Shown: positions 56,028 to 59,994 of the stretch, piece by piece
Layout of the letters: every line of letters begins with the position of its first letter
Numbering within the stretch: the first letter of the stretch is position 1
Source: a virus
IMG/VR virus record: IMGVR_UViG_3300009514_000004
Coordinates: 78,387-138,380 of that record
DNA length: 59,994 bases
Direction: 5' to 3' (one strand)
Notes under the pieces: generated by a model
What the model was told of the DNA's origin: nothing
Databases searched by the model: none
The model's input: the letters and a program-made list of their open reading frames with translations, nothing else
Translations under genes and position numbers: made by a program

Positions 56028-59000
56028 ATGGCGACGCGCGACAATTTCCTCACGCTGGACACAGGTTCTGGCGAAACCGTCAAGCCCAATGGCGCTGTCG
56101 ATGACTTCAGTGTCGAGCTTCAAGGGTTCACGCTCGATAATTCGAGCGTCACCGGGCAGACGATCTTCATCCTGGGTACGGACACCAGCGCGACTGGTTT
56201 CCAGGTTCAGAACAACAGCCTGTCGGCGCTGATGGATCTGACCGGCGACGGTCAGGTCGATTTCAGCGGCAACGTGGACGCCAACGCCGGCCTCGACGTC
56301 ACCGGCGGGGACTTCACCCATGCCTCCGGAGGCACGGGTAATGTCGACGTCGCCTGGGATTTCAGCGGCGGAGTCACCAACTCGAGCGGAGAGCTGCTGC
56401 TGTCGGGCGGCAACATGCAGTTCAACGACGGCATCGTGCTGTCGTTCGGGACTGGCGACGACTTCACGGTGTCGCATTCGGATCCGGACACCACGTTCGA
56501 CAACACGAACGTGACCGGCTCCACCATCATGAAACTCGGCACCGACACGACGGCGACCGACTGGCAGGTACAGAACGACTCGGGCGCCGCTCTGATGACG
56601 GTGAGCGGTGACGGCGCGGTCACCATCCCCGGCGACCTCACGGTCAACGGGACGACCACCACGATCGACTCCGAGAACCTCCTCATCTCGGACAACCACT
56701 TCCAGCTCAACGCGGGCTACACTTCCGGCACCGACATCGCCGGCTGCATGGTGGTGGTGGTCTCGACCGAGGGCACGACCGACACGATCGCGGGTAACGG
56801 TTTCGAGTCCGGCGCCACCGCCGGCGGCGACGCTACGATCGACACGACCGGCGCGGCCACATTCTCTGCGGGCGACCTGGTCCAGGTCTCGGGTGCGAAC
56901 ACCGCCGCCAACAACGGCATCTACGAGGTCCTGACCCACGCGGCCAACCTCCTGACCATCAAAGGCCCGTCGACCTCCCCGCACGTCTCGGCCGGGTTCG
57001 TCGGGTCGGATTTCACCGACGACACCAACACGGCTGGCGCGCTCGACAAGATCACCGTCAACATCCTCAAGACGAACACGGACGGCACCTGGGAGATCTC
57101 GGGTGAGGTCGACGCCACCCCGATCACTTACACGACCCTGGCGACGGCGACCGGCTCAGTCACCCTCCAGGCAGCCTACGACGAGGGGAACACCATCCTC
57201 CTCTCGGATGCCGAAGGCGACCTGACGATCACCCTGGACGACACTGGCGCCGCTGCTGACTTCCAGGTGACCGACTCCGGCGGCGACTACATCCTCACCG
57301 ACGCGACCAACAACACGCTCGACCTCGGGTCGGCGGCCAATACGGTCGACTACGTCGGCTCCGCGGTGACCGCAACCGGCAACCCGACCTGGAACTTCGG
57401 TACGGGCCAGGCGGACTTCGGCGGCAACATCGACGCGACCGCAGGTCTCGACGTCGACGCCGACAGCGTCAACCTGACGGTGGGGGCCAGCGCCGACTGG
57501 TCGGTCTCCCACGATGGGTCCGACACCACGATGACGTCGGCTACCGGCGATTTCATCATCGACAACACCCTGGCCACCGGGTCGACGATCAACCGCCTGG
57601 GTACGGACACCAGCGGCACGGATTTCCAGGTCCAGAACAACTCCGAGTCACCCCTGTTCACGGTCGACGGGTCGGGTCAGGCGACGTTCGCCGGCAACGT
57701 GGATGCCACAGCTGGTGTCGACGTGACCGGCGGGGACTTCACCCATGCCTCCGGAGGCACGGGTAATGTCGACGTCGCCTGGGACTTCTCGGGCGGCGTG
57801 ACCAACTCTTCGAGCGAGCTGCTGGTTTCCGGCGGCAACATGCAAATCAACGACGACATCCTCCTGACCTTCGGGACCGACGACGACTGGTCGATCGAGT
57901 ACGACGAGGACGGGAGCGATGCGTTCACGATCTCTGGCGCAGCTTCCGCCGCTACCGTGGCAGGCACCCTGTTCCTCCAGGCGGGCTCGCCTGGCGGCGC
58001 AGCTTCCGGCGGAACCGCGGGTGGCACCGGCGGCCAAAACTTCATGCAGTCGGGCACCGGTGGCGCGTCTATCACGGGCGTCAACAACACCGCGGGTGCC
58101 GGCGGGATCGCCCGGTACTACGCAGGTACGGGCGGCGCCGGATTCGCTTCCGAGCATGACGGCGCGACCGGCGGTGACCTGTTCCTCAACGCCGGTACGG
58201 GTGGTGTAGGCGCGACCGGTCAGACAGGTGGCGATGGCGGTGGCGTCTCTGTCAATGGTGGTACGGCCGGCGCGGCCGGCGGAGGCACCGGCGGCGATGG
58301 CGGTGACGTCACCATCAACGGTGGTTCAGGCGTCACAGGTGGCGACGTCAACATCAACGGTGGGTCGGGGACATCGACCGACGGTGTCATCAATATCGGG
58401 GCGACCACGACGACTTCGCCGACGATCAACCTGGGCAACGCCACCGACAACACCACGATCACCCAGGCGGGTACCGGCCAGGTCACCTTTACGGGCAACG
58501 TGGATGCCACCCTGGGCCTCGATGTCACGGGTGGGGACTTCACCCACGCTTCCGGTGGCACGGGCAACATCGACGTCGCCTGGGACTTCAGCGGTGGCGT
58601 CACCAACAGCGCCAGCGAGTTTCTCGTCTCTGGCGGGAACATGCAGTTCAACGATGACATCGAGCTGACGTTCGGCACGGGTGATGATTTCACCATGGTG
58701 TACGACACCGGGTTCACCCCGAATACCATGCGGATGTCGGGCGACACCTTCTTCGAAGGTATCATGTTCATGGCCGACGCTACGGGCAACGATTACTCGA
58801 CCCCGTACAGCATCCCCGGTGGTGGCTCCGACAACCACTTCAGCATGTTGTCTGAGGCCGGCACGGCTACGGACGGCTTCTCGCTGTTCCGGCCCCAAAT
58901 CGACAACTCGGCCGGTACGGCCCTGACGACCGGGTCGATGACTGCGATCCGGACCGAGACCACGGGCCATGCCTCCGATGGCTCAGGCGCTACCTACTAC

Positions 59001-59994
59001 GCCATGCTGGTCAGTGCACCAGCCGACAGTGGTGGGTCGGCCAATTACATCGCCATCGAGATCTCGGGCGGCGGCACCGAGTGGGATGAGGCGATGCGCA
59101 TCCCGGATGATGTCCCCATTACGATGGGGGCCAGTCAGGACATGACGATCGATTTCGACTCGACCGATCATGACCTCACCTTCGTGGGCTCGGCCGCCGA
59201 TGTCGCCGGCTCGACCGGCGCAGGCTACGACCTCACCGCAGGAGCCGGACTGGCTTCCGCGACGGGCGCGTCTGCGGGTACGGACGGTGGTGGCTGGGCC
59301 CTGGCTCTTGGAGCCGGCGGTGCCTCCAACGCAGGCGGCGGCTCTGGTACGGCAGGTGTCGGTGGAGCCATCAGCCTGATCACTGGTAACGGTGGTGCGG
59401 GCGCGGTGGGCGCCAACGACCACCTCGGCGGTGCCTCGGGTGGGTTCACCATCACTGGTGGCACCGCAGGTGCGGGTGACGGTAGCGCGACCGAGGCCAA
59501 CGCTGGTGGCGCCGGCGGAAGTTTCACCTGGACTGCTCCTCTGGGTGGAGCTGGCGGCGAGCACACAGGCGCGACAGGCGTTACGGGTGGTGCTGGCGGC
59601 GCAGGCGGAGACTGGACCATCACGGGCGGTTCCGGTGGTGTCGGTGGTGATGCCGACGGCGCGAGCGGTTCGAACACCGGTGGCGCTGGCGGCGCCGGCG
59701 CAGACGTCACCATCACAGCTGGTGTCGGCGGTGCTGGCGGTTCTGCCAACGGCGCCGGCGGCGGTGACACAGGCGGCGCTGGCGGTGACGGTGGTAACCT
59801 CATCCTCAGTGGTGGTTCCCCAGGTACCGGGTCCACGGACGCCGACACCCCTGGTGCCGACGGCAAGACCGGTATCGTCAAGGTCGCGACGAGCGGCTTC
59901 TTCCAGCTGCCGCAGGTCACCACGACCGAGCGTGACGACACCGACTCCGGGTACCCGGATGGGTCCGGCGCTGGGTTCAACGGCCTCCTCATCT
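56028..59994 (+). CDS. second giant Gly-rich fibre protein, paralogue of 39673 (runs off window; missing from ORF track)
   Basis: GAGG RBS, MATRDNFLTLDTGSGE..., no stop seen in the regions read; shares long modules with 39673. Confidence 0.8.
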   Translation, partial: MATRDNFLTLDTGSGETVKPNGAVDDFSVELQGFTLDNSSVTGQTIFILGTDTSATGFQVQNNSLSALMDLTGDGQVDFSGNVDANAGLDVTGGDFTHASGGTGNVDVAWDFSGGVTNSSGELLLSGGNMQFNDGIVLSFGTGDDFTVSHSDPDTTFDNTNVTGSTIMKLGTDTTATDWQVQNDSGAALMTVSGDGAVTIPGDLTVNGTTTTIDSENLLISDNHFQLNAGYTSGTDIAGCMVVVVSTEGTTDTIAGNGFESGATAGGDATIDTTGAATFSAGDLVQVSGANTAANNGIYEVLTHAANLLTIKGPSTSPHVSAGFVGSDFTDDTNTAGALDKITVNILKTNTDGTWEISGEVDATPITYTTLATATGSVTLQAAYDEGNTILLSDAEGDLTITLDDTGAAADFQVTDSGGDYILTDATNNTLDLGSAANTVDYVGSAVTATGNPTWNFGTGQADFGGNIDATAGLDVDADSVNLTVGASADWSVSHDGSDTTMTSATGDFIIDNTLATGSTINRLGTDTSGTDFQVQNNSESPLFTVDGSGQATFAGNVDATAGVDVTGGDFTHASGGTGNVDVAWDFSGGVTNSSSELLVSGGNMQINDDILLTFGTDDDWSIEYDEDGSDAFTISGAASAATVAGTLFLQAGSPGGAASGGTAGGTGGQNFMQSGTGGASITGVNNTAGAGGIARYYAGTGGAGFASEHDGATGGDLFLNAGTGGVGATGQTGGDGGGVSVNGGTAGAAGGGTGGDGGDVTINGGSGVTGGDVNINGGSGTSTDGVINIGATTTTSPTINLGNATDNTTITQAGTGQVTFTGNVDATLGLDVTGGDFTHASGGTGNIDVAWDFSGGVTNSASEFLVSGGNMQFNDDIELTFGTGDDFTMVYDTGFTPNTMRMSGDTFFEGIMFMADATGNDYSTPYSIPGGGSDNHFSMLSEAGTATDGFSLFRPQIDNSAGTALTTGSMTAIRTETTGHASDGSGATYYAMLVSAPADSGGSANYIAIEISGGGTEWDEAMRIPDDVPITMGASQDMTIDFDSTDHDLTFVGSAADVAGSTGAGYDLTAGAGLASATGASAGTDGGGWALALGAGGASNAGGGSGTAGVGGAISLITGNGGAGAVGANDHLGGASGGFTITGGTAGAGDGSATEANAGGAGGSFTWTAPLGGAGGEHTGATGVTGGAGGAGGDWTITGGSGGVGGDADGASGSNTGGAGGAGADVTITAGVGGAGGSANGAGGGDTGGAGGDGGNLILSGGSPGTGSTDADTPGADGKTGIVKVATSGFFQLPQVTTTERDDTDSGYPDGSGAGFNGLLI
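56301..57784 (+). repeat. 59-bp identical direct repeat (56301-56359 and 57726-57784), diverged third copy near 58527-58590
   Basis: ACCGGCGGGGACTTCACCCATGCCTCCGGAGGCACGGGTAATGTCGACGTCGCCTGGGA. Confidence 0.85.

Noticed and set aside
56301-58590. Diversity-generating retroelement TR/VR pair
   Set aside because: The repeats are in-frame coding duplications without adenine-specific differences, and no reverse transcriptase is present in the window
1-59994. Alternative genetic code or tRNA genes
   Set aside because: TAA, TAG and TGA all terminate well-defined genes at high coding density; no tRNA-like sequence noticed

Overview
The window is a GC-rich (roughly 65%), densely coding, mostly plus-strand segment of a large tailed dsDNA bacteriophage genome. 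Bases 1-8154 hold a replication/transcription block: RecB/Cas4-like exonuclease, beta clamp, C-terminal half of a Rad50/SbcC ATPase, TOPRIM primase, DnaX clamp loader, NusG-like factor and a tandem sigma-4 HTH protein. From 8.2 kb a long virion block follows: terminase, portal, a 2,326-aa multidomain ORF, prohead protease, scaffold, decoration protein, HK97-type major capsid protein, two giant Gly-rich fibre proteins and three tandem paralogues. Accessory inserts are a LAGLIDADG-methyltransferase fusion, a candidate ~340-nt structured ncRNA and small minus-strand genes. The strongest signal is a putative capsid-cargo loading and processing system. Unrelated late proteins share one of two short tags: a ~28-aa N-terminal leader (LR..L.+LAH.NP.LR..L.P.LR.A) or an 'SP.RVA.(R/L)(Y/F/W)L' motif. 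K/R-x-A sites punctuate head proteins and separate the enzyme domains (2H phosphoesterase, RNase-like, topoisomerase IB) of the giant ORF, which therefore looks like a cleavable polyprotein. A shared promoter-like motif (RRT-N7-C(T/G)AT-N13-TAG) precedes about ten virion transcription units. All functional calls come from motif recognition by eye; no database searches were run.
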